DNA of 64,000 bases from assembly GCA_964187785.1 (NCBI GenBank), contig OZ076409.1:55616001-55680000 (forward strand). Direction: 5' to 3'. The stretch is from Amphiscolops sp. MND2022 (Eukaryota). Under the pieces are notes generated by a model. That model saw only the letters and a list, made by a program, of their open reading frames with translations, searched no databases and was not told the origin of the DNA. Shown piece by piece: positions 23,311 to 33,119 of the stretch. Within the stretch, counting starts at the first letter, position 1. Each line of letters begins with the position of its first letter. The position numbers were made by a program, and so were the translations under genes.

Positions 23311-26300
23311 ATGGATCCAGGACACCACAGAAAGTCAAGGAAGGACCAAATTTCGCGACGGCAAGGAACTTCTTGGGGATACAAATCCCCGACTTCTACT
23401 ACACCCCGTAAGTACAACTTTGATTCTGTTCAAAATTTTCGAGTTCATTTCAATTTTCCGATCGGACTAATTTGAGCAATTAGCTGGCCAGGCTAATTAT
23501 TTTGAGAAAGTCGACTCTAATTTAGAATCTTGGTTTTGAATTTGTCGGAAGTTAACAACTTCCGGTTTGTTTCATCGGTAACTTCCGCTCATTTTTGAAA
23601 TAATCTGAAACCGCGTCCGGTAGTAGACTATCTTTTGAGTGAAGCTTTTACCTGTTGTGAATAAGCTCCTTATTTATTGTTAGCAGCAAATTCAAATGTT
23701 TTAGTTGAACTCGGAGCTACAGAGAAGTCACCTGCTCGTTCACCGACCAGAACTTACACGCCGCTGGAAGTTGCCTCCCCCAGTAAAACTGCAAATCTTA
23801 TTCAGACGACTGTCCACGACGAGAACGTCGCTACTATTCAGACAGCCGATCCACTTCTTGCTTCAAACATTGCCCCAGCTACTGGCAATGAGCAGGTTGA
23901 AGTGATCACCATTGAGAGTTCAACTGTTGCCTCAACTATAGAAGAAGTTGAGCCGGAGTCTCCTATTATCGACATTCTTAACGAGTCTCCTCCAACGCCC
24001 GAAAATCCCGTAAGTCCAATTCTCACTGGAATCACCATGATGAACATGGACCCATCTGATAATTCAACCGCTAATACAACTAATGTGGATCCAATTCTTC
24101 CTTCCGATCTGCAAATTTCATCACCAAAGTTGACGCAATTCCTCCTTTTATCACAACAAGGGACCTCCACTCGCCAAGGGGCGAAGAAACCTGAATTTCC
24201 TACTGATTTGGAAGAGGGAGATTTTGACATCACCATGGATACCACCCCCACTGAAAATCAAGGAGACGATCAACCTGGGTCAAGTGTCCCAAATATCAGT
24301 TTGACACGGAACGAACTTCTGGTAATCTCCAACGTTTTAGGGAGAGTCCCTACTTCTTTTTTGGGAGAAGAGATTACCCTAACTGGACCGGAAATTTCAG
24401 TGTCGGTGGTGGACAACCCACCAAATCCTCCTCAACGGGTTAATCCTTCGATGGAGAATAACTTGCCGGGAGATAGCTACGTTTACCAAGAGCAAACTGA
24501 GACTGATTTAAACGATGAGCCTGTAGTTCGCAACAAGAGGCAAAGGCCAAGATATTCCCTCAAAGGGAGTATGTTACGTAAACATCCTGTCTTGAAATTT
24601 TCGGCAACAGGACCTATCGATCGCGAAAAAACTCCACATAAATGGTGGTGCCGAGTGTGCAGATTAGAGCTTTCTTTAATGAGCAGAGGCGTCCTTGAAG
24701 TATTAGCACACTATAAAACTGATTCTCACCTAGTTCGAGAACACCGTATAAGGATGGACACACCAGGAATGCCTTTATACGACAAAAATGGACACGAATT
24801 ACAGGGTATTGCCCTTTCAGAAGCCAAAAAGATCGCAAAGGAAACATATCCGATTGTCCCTCAACTGGATCCTTATCGCCTCTTGGTAGGCCAGGACTCA
24901 TTACCCAAATTTGGTGCTGAAAAGAGTCCTATGGAAACCGTCATCTCTCAAATTTGCCTTCTTGAAATTGGACTCAGACGCGGCGGGGATCTTTCTTGTC
25001 TCTCCGATATCTTCGAGGAAGTCAATCGTTTTTCCAGCGAAGGGGGTCCTACTGTTGCTTTTGATTGGAGTCCCCACCGACTTTTCGTAAGTATCTTTCG
25101 CATTTGACAATTTCACATATACATTTATACCTAGTACGATCTTGTAACCATAATTATATTTTAAATAATGTCAGGCTACGTTTAATATATCATCTCTGAA
25201 AATGTTTATTGAATACCGACTTTGCTTTCCAGGGAATGATCACTCATATGTTCCGAGAGCTACTTAACTACTGTGTAACCAACATCACATCTAACGGGAC
25301 ATATTCTCTATCCCTAACACATCTTACAACTGAATCCAACCTCTACTTGGGATTCTGGTCAGGAAATGTGTTTCACCAAGTATGTGTTGGAACTGGACCG
25401 CGAGGATTTTTGATTCCCCGGAGGATTTTGACTTTGGTCTCATCTCTTATTAGCTTGTTCGAGACCCCACCTCCATGTGCCTGTCTAGTTGGGATGGGAG
25501 AAAGGTTGAATTCCTGCCTTGTATCTGCGCTTCCTGGTCAACAGCGTCCCAACTTGCTCAACAATTTCGGTGTGGAAGAGTTTGAAAGATGCCTTGCTTT
25601 GCCCACCGCAAAGATTATTGAAAGACATGATTACAAAACGATTATTGACTTTCTCTTACTTAAGCTGCGCACTGCCCTTGACAGGGATTGGCTGCAAAGT
25701 CTCCCTCTTCTACACAAAGTACGTGGTAGCATGTCAGTTTTGAAAATTCTATTGTTTTTTCCTTTTCATAATCTTATTATTTTATCTCTGTTCTGTTTCC
25801 AGTGCGTGGTGTCTCTACAGTACACCCTGAGTGAAGCTTCTTCTCTCATTGATTGTTTCTCCCGTAATTGGAATCGAATTCAGGACCATCTCACTCAAGT
25901 TTCTCGATTGCCGGCCTACCGATTTCATATGAGAGAAGTGAGTATATTTGATATAAATCTTTCGTAGGGTGATCTTATCCTCTTCAATTTTGGTATATCA
26001 TTTGGTTTCAGCCCAACACACTAGACGAATGTTTTCGTTTGGACACAGCGTACCTTGCGCGCCTATTCATCATTCGCTGTGTCATTGATCATTGTTAGTT
26101 CCCAATTTTCAACTATCTTGTTGTGTGGTTAAGTCTCTTTTTTACCATGCGATATCACATCCACACTGATGTACATTAGCAATTACTATTTAAATTTATC
26201 GTAATACCTCCTTCTTCATCATATTTGACGAACTTAGATGTTTGCTTCGTTTTTGTAACTCTTTCCCATATTTTGTATTCCAGTACTATCCGTAGGGAAA

Positions 26301-27984
26301 ATGAGTATACGGTATATCATTCACCGCATTATGACGTATAAGCGGCTCAACTCTTTCTGTATGGTGACTCATTATCAAGATTAGCATTGATAATTTGGTG
26401 TATTTCTAAAATTTGTCATCCTCGTATGTACGCATATGCGTCATACTAAAATCAGCATTGTTACGTATAGCACATACTGTTTGTCTGTAGAGATATAGGG
26501 CGAAGCTCGATTTCCGTTGGATAACGCATGATTACTGGCTGCAGATATGTATCATGACGCAGATTCAAACTACAAATTCCGCATGATACCGCATAGCTGC
26601 TGTTGATGAAAATGAGGAGTGACGTGTAATGAAATTCAGAATGCGTATGATGCCGTATAGTCGCCGTTGATAAAAGCGAGTAGTGACGTACCATGAAATT
26701 CAGAATGCGTATTATGCCGTATATCTACTGTCTGGAAAGATGCATTATCGCGGGTACTAGAATTATATTTCCGCGTAATAACGTATAATCGCTATCCAAT
26801 AATGCGTACAGTGATGTACATTGATCATTAATGGAGCTGTATATAGATGTTTATTCTCATGTATCTTCTGTTTAGACAATTCCGCTTTCTCCGAGGTGAA
26901 TCGTCGAGTCGATAACGGGTTCAGACTGTACAATCAATTTGCAGTTTTTACGTACAGTCAACTCCAGAATCTGTTTCATGACAGCTTCCTTGGAGATATA
27001 TCCGACTGGGATGGATATTTGGAAATTGACTTGACTAAACCTGATCTGCCGTTTAAAAGCCCGGCTGAGTTCGTCTTACAGCCTGATTATCATGCCTTGG
27101 TTGTTTCCAGTCATCTTCCGAGACCCAGTGTGTTTGTAGTACAATCTCTTGCGTTCTGCAAATCGTTTTGTGCTGCTTTGCTTAATCACGAGATTGTCAA
27201 GTCTAAACTTATCCGAGGTCTTTCATCTTTCGACTATGCTGTCATGTTAGATGGGCCTGAGAAGAATTACTTGTCTGCGATTGAAGATCTCACTAGTCAT
27301 TTCTTTTCCAGTGGATGGTTGTCTTCCAGTGATAAGGTTACAGCTGTAAGTCAGTACCGATCATTTGCCACCAAATTGCGATCTGAGGATGAGGTCAATA
27401 GAGATGATTGGATCAGATTTCTCATCAGCCACCATGAGATGCAGAGTCGTCCTGAGCTTTTGGATGTTTTCAAATTCGCTTGTCTTTGTTTGCCCCCCGT
27501 GGTTGCTGAGCCTGCCAAATTTTGTGTTTCTGTACCTGGACTGTTGTCTGATGTCAATACCTTTAACTCCGTAGTCCGTAGTCTACAGTTATCGTACGTT
27601 ACTGTCCCCAATGTCTCCAGTCTTTATAAAGATCCTAAGACTATCTGCCGAATCTTTCGACTGTTGGGAAGAGGTCCCGGGCTAATACGGGATAGAAAAT
27701 TCTCGATCTGGAGTTTTCTGAAGGGAAACGAGGCACGACGGGCAGCACTATACGAGAAAATGGAGCTTGCTTATAAAAAATCTGTTTTACAAGGGGAAGG
27801 ATTGCCTTTATTCTTGGATGTGCCGACCCCTAGCGCAAGCCGATCGCCAAGTACTAGCAGTTCTTCCAATTCCGGACCCAGGCTCGGACGTGTTTCTTTG
27901 GCTGTCTCACGTTGTGGGGGTGAAGAAGCTGCCTGTAGTTCTAAGAAGGTTGCTAAAAAGGCTGCTAAATCCAAGAAGAATTGA
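23311..27984 (+). CDS. Six-exon antisense gene, 1103 aa: BED/TTF-like zinc finger plus probable inactive hAT-transposase-derived fold. Exons 23311-23407, 23684-25086, 25233-25718, 25803-25937, 26012-26093, 26876-27984
   Basis: Five GT-AG introns (donors GTAAGT, GTAAGT, GTACGT, GTGAGT, GTTAGT; pyrimidine-rich acceptors) with phases 1,0,0,0,1. They join into one 3312-nt frame from ATG to TGA. Zinc-finger motif WWCRVC-x16-H-x5-H at 24643-24729. The hAT assignment is by motif resemblance only. Confidence 0.85.
26325..26819 (+). promoter_or_regulatory. Phased CGYAT-N5-CGYAT array in intron 5 of the antisense gene
   Basis: Units at 26325, 26358, 26454, then 26515, 26548, 26580, 26613, 26644, 26677, 26708, 26741, 26772, 26805 (31-33 bp period). 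A 64-bp higher-order repeat ATGAAATTCAGAATGCGTAT is present. Confidence 0.82.
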
Positions 27985-28178
27985 TCTTCAAAATTCAAAT
28001 CGTTGCAAACTACTCTTTTGTTTATTACACTTATATTTATTGTGTTTTGTGTTTGTCATATTCTAGCGTAAAATGCAGGAAGTTATACTTCAAGGAACTA
28101 GTATTAAAGTAAAGTGCAAAGTCACTGGAGTTCCGAAGAAGAAAGTTAAGAGAAAGAGAAACTTTGTCATCAGTCTTT

Positions 28179-31100
28179 TTAATATCTGAAAGAGTCTGAG
28201 TAATTTGGGTTAGGGTTAGGTCGTAGATTGTATCTTTCACCACGGGTATTTATAGGTTCTTCTTGCAATGGGGTATTTTGTGAATTCTCTGGGGAATTTT
28301 GTGTGTTTTTTGAAACATTTTGAGTATTTTCTGGGGTTTTTTGTATTTCATTGCTCGATGTATTATTTTGTTCTTTTTGGGTTATTTGGGTATTTTGATC
28401 ATCTTCACTGGTGTGTTGTGGAATTTCATCAGCTTGATTCTCATGATTTTGATCTGGTTCAGTGGTCTGATCCACTGGGCTCCCCCCACTATTTTTTGAA
28501 GATACTGGGGAGGGTGGGCGGCTATTGTCAGGTATTTGAATTGGGACATATTCGGTATCCTCAGTATTGTGTATTGCATCTGAGGGAATGTCATCAAATG
28601 GATTTGCTCCAAAATTCGTGTTCCATGATTGGGCATATAGATCATCATTTGCTATAGTCATTTGATCATCTTTTTGCCAGTCGGTTTCGCGAACAAAAAT
28701 GTCTGCTAAAGGGGCCTGCGGTGTGAATTTCCGCAAACGAATCCGATGTAGTAGTTGGGTTTTATTTGTGCCGAGTCTCCTCACAATGTAGTTATTGTTA
28801 GGGAGCACTTTTTCAACTTTATAAGGTCCACACCATCTGAATTCTCGGAATGGTATTTTCGTTGCTTGTGTATCAGCTTTTGGATTAAGAATATAGCAGT
28901 AATCTGTTGTTTCTAACGGGGCTGCTTTTGCTTTTCTATCGTAGTATGCCTTGTATTTAAGGTAAGATTGCATGATATTCTTTTTAGTTTGGTCTGAAAG
29001 TGTTCTCATGCGCTTTTGAATTTCTTCTGCAATATCAGTATGTGGTTGATACCTCGGATTTGGATTGTATCCAAGTTTGTAGTCAAGGATATTGTGTGGT
29101 ATGCGGCCATGGAAAACTCGTGAGGGTTCACAACCGAGTGATGCATGGTATGTTGTGTTATGATTAAGGACTGCTAGAGGAAGATATTTGTGCCAGTTGT
29201 TCCTGAATTCACCTGTGGCGGCTTTTAGGTGTGTTTTAACTGAGGCATGGGTTCTTTCTAAGAGTCCTATGGTTTGTGCATGTTTCATTGTGGCATGTTT
29301 CATTTCGATTCCAAGCACTGCCGCAATTTCATGAGTGACTTGTGCGTTGAATTGAGTGCCTAGATCCGTGATTATAGTTGTTGGAAGGTAGGTGTGTTTG
29401 CATAAGATATCCATTATGACTTTTGAAACTGCTGTTGCGGTAATTCGAGTCACAGGATAGGCAAACAAATACCTTGAGAAGACATCTATTGCTGTGATGA
29501 TGTGATCGTAGCCTCCGCTTGGGGGGAGGTTTGGCAAAATATCCATCTGTAAGATGTCTTCCGGTCCAAGGTCCCATTCGGGACAATTAAGGAGTTCGGT
29601 CCTGAGGAGATCATTGTTGATACGTTTTGTTTGTATACAAATCTGACAATTACTGACCCCTTTCTTTATGTATTTGGCCATACATGGGTAGTAATATTTT
29701 TGACGTGTTTCTTGAATCATCTTGGTAATTCCTGGATGGTTTGAGTTATGTCCATGGAGGGCTTGAAGTAGTTCTTCAAGAAGTTGGATTGGTAAGAGGA
29801 TTTGATAATGCGAGATCATTCCTGTGTCTGTATAGTATTTGCGTGTGAGAACTTCGTGTTTAATCTCGATTCGTGTTATGTTTTGTAAGTAGTGTTGATA
29901 TCTGAAATCGGAAGCTAATTCATTTTCATCAAACGGTTCGCCTTCTATTTTGGCTCTCAGGTTTCGAAGGACTATGTCATTGTTCTGTTCAAGGCGTATC
30001 CTCGCATTGTCCTTGAAGTGTCCAGAGGAGCAGGAGATCAATCCGGATGTAGGTTTGTGAAATTGTTGTAATTCAGAGACGTCGTTCTCTGGGTCATTGT
30101 GAGTTTCGTTTTGTGCTTGATTGCGAGTGTTTTGTTTTTCTTCCCAAAGTTGATTTTCATCGATTTCTTCATCAGGAAGGATGTAAATTTGTTCTTCTTC
30201 TACAATTCCAGTTGATTGTATATTCACTTCAATTGCTTTTGTATGAATATCGTTGCGAATTGTCATTTCGAGCTTCTCGGTTGGGTTACTTTCGGTTCTA
30301 GATAAGAAATCGGCGGCTGTGTTCATCGATCCAGCTACATGGGCGATTACAAAATTGTATTGTAATACATAATCGCATGCATTCCAAAGCGCTGGAGGAA
30401 TCATTTTCGTTTGAAAAAACCGGGTTACAGACCGATTATCCGTGAACACGATGACAGGGAAGGTACTCCCCCACATGAGGTGTCCGAACTCTACGAATGC
30501 AAAATATATTGAGAGGAATTCTTTTGCATAGATTGACATTTTCGTTTGTGTTGGATTGAACGTTTTTGATCCAAACGCAATGGGTGCGTAGGTTTTTCGT
30601 TTGGATTGGAGCTTCTGATTGGGATCGTCTTCAATCATGATGGCATATCCTGCAGCTGTGAAGCTTGCATCGGACATGACTATGAGTTGTTTGTCTTTCA
30701 AGGGTTGTTTCAACGCGAGTTGGCAAGAATTTCCCAAAAGTTGATTGAGGTTTGTAAAGTCTTCAACCAAGTTTGTAGGAACATAAATTTTGGAGGTTTC
30801 TTTGAGGAGTTTGAAAAACGGGGTGAGTCGTTCTGAAAGGTGAGGTATATAGTTTCGGTAATAATTCAAGAATCCGATATACCTTTGTAGTGCCTTTTTC
30901 GATTTTGGGAATTTGAGTTTTGCCAAAAAATCTTTCACTTTGTCGGCTTGAGGGGCAACTCCATCTGGTCTGATTGTGCGTCCTAAAAAGTCGACTTGTT
31001 TAACTCCGAAATGACATTTCGACATGGAGAGTTTCAGTCCGGCATTCCGGATGCATTCAAAAACGGTTTTTATGTTGATACACAATTGGTTTGAGTCGTT

Positions 31101-33119
31101 TGCTGCAATGCCTATATCATCGACATATTGTGCACATTGGTCCGCTTTTATTGCTCTGTCCAGATATTCTCTCATAAAGCTGGAAAAAGCTGAGAGGGAT
31201 CTGCTGAGGCCTTGGGCAAGGCGACGATAAGCAAATGTTCTGCTTGCAAAATTGAAAGCGAGCATTTGTATGGATTGATAATCTGCCATCTGTAGGCAAT
31301 GGTAAGCTTGGGAGCAGTCCAATTTGCAGAAAAGTTTTTTCCCTGCCATGTGTTGAGCTGCATCAGATAAAGTGCTTACCGGATGGTTGTTGTTTGCGTA
31401 ATCTTCAGTTATAAGATTATTGATTTTCCTGAGATCTACAAGGAGTCTGAGGCGCCCGTTCGGTTTGCGTTGCGCGAAGATCGGGCTAGCGTATTTGGAG
31501 AATGGTAAGGTTGTAATGATGCCATATTTATGGAGAAGTGCAAGTTCTACTGTGATGTCATCTTTCAAGTTTATTGGGGTTGGCAGACTTTGGCTGTAAG
31601 CTGGTCTGTCATCGTTTGGTGTTAGCTTTACTTTGAACTCACGATTTATGCCTATGTCAAAGCGATGTCGGGCAAAAACGTCGTGGAATTCGACGAGAAT
31701 TTCTTCAATTTCAGCTTGTTCAGTTTGACTGAGTGTTGTGTCGGACCAATCAAAGTTTGAGAGGAATGCTTTCCTGGATGATTCATTGTCATGTGGGTTA
31801 AGTTTTTCGAGTTCTTTTAGCTCTAGGAGTTCGTTGTATATCCGTTGTTGGATTGGAGTATATGTAGTTGGGTCGCCTGGGTCTTCTGGTGTAGGGAACC
31901 AGTACGACTCTTGTTCTGAGTTTTGTTGAGGTACTTTTAGTAGTTCGTTGATGTATACTTCTGTGGTTTCCTCATGTTGTATCATAAACGATAGTACCGA
32001 TGGGTCTATTGGTTGAATGTGTTTGATTTGTTCTGGAGTAAGAATTTTGAAATCTGCTAAATGGGTATCAAGGGTTATTGTATAGGGCAATTCCGAAAAA
32101 TTTATGATTTGATATCCAATAGCATTGTTATTAACTGTGCTAAGGGATGCAGTTATAAAAATACTATCATGGTTTTCGAATTGGTGTGAAGGGGTGACTA
32201 TTCCGGTTACATTATGGTCCATTAGATGAGGCATTTTGCTTGCTATGGCGAGTGTTTCGCCTGGTCGGAGGGTGTATGTATTTTCTGCAAACAATGGTGT
32301 TGCCTGCCTTATTGCTGTTTGGGTATCGGGTTTAAGTTGCATTGAAAGATAAGGAAAGGTTAGAATGCCTTGGGTGACATCGAAAATTGCATTGTTCCTT
32401 CGAAGGAAACACAGTCCGATTAGCGGATTTGGTAGGTTCTTCATAATGATAAAATTTTCCTTGAGCATGAAATCAGCTACTTCAAATTCTAGTAAGACTG
32501 TACCAGTGGGAACTTCTAATTGACCGTTTGCCACCATGATCTGGAAGTTAGGTGGGGGACCGGTTTCTTTGATAGCTTCATTTGCTAACAGCTTGATTTT
32601 ATTGAGGTCTTGTTCAGAAATGGCGCTTGTTAGGGCTCCTGTATCAATAAGACCGTCAAGAGTGAGTTTTTCAAAATCCATCGGTAAGTAGTACATGTGG
32701 CGTTTTCGTTTCAACGTTAAAGAGGTGGAGATTGGGAGATATTGCAAATTCCGTTCTTTGTCAAATTGTATGTGTTCTGTAAGATCTTCATTTAATAGAG
32801 GTTGTTTTTGATCATCACAAGAAGTTTTTATGGTGACGAGGTTTTTAATGGGTGAGTCTTGTGGGTGAATTTCGGGGTTTGAGTCAATGTCGGAGTGGGT
32901 TGGTTGCTCTATAAAGTAGTTGTCTGGTGCATCACGGAGGAGTTCGTATATGTCTTCAGATTGAGTTTTTTGTGTTGATTGTTGAGAGTTTTGTGTTGTT
33001 AAATCTGTTTGTGCAATGATTGTTTTTGTGATTTTAGGGCTCAGTTGATGCTGCCAGTCATCAGCTGAGTTTGGTTTATGTTGAGATTTGGTGTAAAGGC
33101 GTGGCGTTTCTAGTTTAAA
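28179..33119 (-). CDS. pol: Pol polyprotein (aspartic protease, dUTPase-like remnant, RT, RNase H, integrase), expressed by -1 frameshift
   Basis: Uninterrupted ORF with LIDTGA; YTLRPGETL..GIV..IINFS..TIT (dUTPase-like); YVDD; SDAS..FTDN (RNase H); HGHNSNHPG..CQIC zinc finger; D..D..E core; GPY. Confidence 0.96.
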   Translation of the reverse strand, partial: FKLETPRLYTKSQHKPNSADDWQHQLSPKITKTIIAQTDLTTQNSQQSTQKTQSEDIYELLRDAPDNYFIEQPTHSDIDSNPEIHPQDSPIKNLVTIKTSCDDQKQPLLNEDLTEHIQFDKERNLQYLPISTSLTLKRKRHMYYLPMDFEKLTLDGLIDTGALTSAISEQDLNKIKLLANEAIKETGPPPNFQIMVANGQLEVPTGTVLLEFEVADFMLKENFIIMKNLPNPLIGLCFLRRNNAIFDVTQGILTFPYLSMQLKPDTQTAIRQATPLFAENTYTLRPGETLAIASKMPHLMDHNVTGIVTPSHQFENHDSIFITASLSTVNNNAIGYQIINFSELPYTITLDTHLADFKILTPEQIKHIQPIDPSVLSFMIQHEETTEVYINELLKVPQQNSEQESYWFPTPEDPGDPTTYTPIQQRIYNELLELKELEKLNPHDNESSRKAFLSNFDWSDTTLSQTEQAEIEEILVEFHDVFARHRFDIGINREFKVKLTPNDDRPAYSQSLPTPINLKDDITVELALLHKYGIITTLPFSKYASPIFAQRKPNGRLRLLVDLRKINNLITEDYANNNHPVSTLSDAAQHMAGKKLFCKLDCSQAYHCLQMADYQSIQMLAFNFASRTFAYRRLAQGLSRSLSAFSSFMREYLDRAIKADQCAQYVDDIGIAANDSNQLCINIKTVFECIRNAGLKLSMSKCHFGVKQVDFLGRTIRPDGVAPQADKVKDFLAKLKFPKSKKALQRYIGFLNYYRNYIPHLSERLTPFFKLLKETSKIYVPTNLVEDFTNLNQLLGNSCQLALKQPLKDKQLIVMSDASFTAAGYAIMIEDDPNQKLQSKRKTYAPIAFGSKTFNPTQTKMSIYAKEFLSIYFAFVEFGHLMWGSTFPVIVFTDNRSVTRFFQTKMIPPALWNACDYVLQYNFVIAHVAGSMNTAADFLSRTESNPTEKLEMTIRNDIHTKAIEVNIQSTGIVEEEQIYILPDEEIDENQLWEEKQNTRNQAQNETHNDPENDVSELQQFHKPTSGLISCSSGHFKDNARIRLEQNNDIVLRNLRAKIEGEPFDENELASDFRYQHYLQNITRIEIKHEVLTRKYYTDTGMISHYQILLPIQLLEELLQALHGHNSNHPGITKMIQETRQKYYYPCMAKYIKKGVSNCQICIQTKRINNDLLRTELLNCPEWDLGPEDILQMDILPNLPPSGGYDHIITAIDVFSRYLFAYPVTRITATAVSKVIMDILCKHTYLPTTIITDLGTQFNAQVTHEIAAVLGIEMKHATMKHAQTIGLLERTHASVKTHLKAATGEFRNNWHKYLPLAVLNHNTTYHASLGCEPSRVFHGRIPHNILDYKLGYNPNPRYQPHTDIAEEIQKRMRTLSDQTKKNIMQSYLKYKAYYDRKAKAAPLETTDYCYILNPKADTQATKIPFREFRWCGPYKVEKVLPNNNYIVRRLGTNKTQLLHRIRLRKFTPQAPLADIFVRETDWQKDDQMTIANDDLYAQSWNTNFGANPFDDIPSDAIHNTEDTEYVPIQIPDNSRPPSPVSSKNSGGSPVDQTTEPDQNHENQADEIPQHTSEDDQNTQITQKEQNNTSSNEIQKTPENTQNVSKNTQNSPENSQNTPLQEEPINTRGERYNLRPNPNPNYSDSFRY

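Noticed and set aside
26325..26819. CRISPR array (regular repeat plus variable spacers), also at 22656-22865 and in the LTRs
   Set aside because: The repeat is a degenerate 15-mer with 16-18 bp spacers, there are no cas genes, and the context is a eukaryotic intron/LTR. It fits a binding-site array better.
23311..27984. Nested autonomous hAT transposon inserted into the retroelement
   Set aside because: No TIRs or 8-bp TSD were seen around the gene, the catalytic residues look absent, and its intron and promoter share the motif array with the LTR, which indicates co-evolution. Not fully excluded without other copies.
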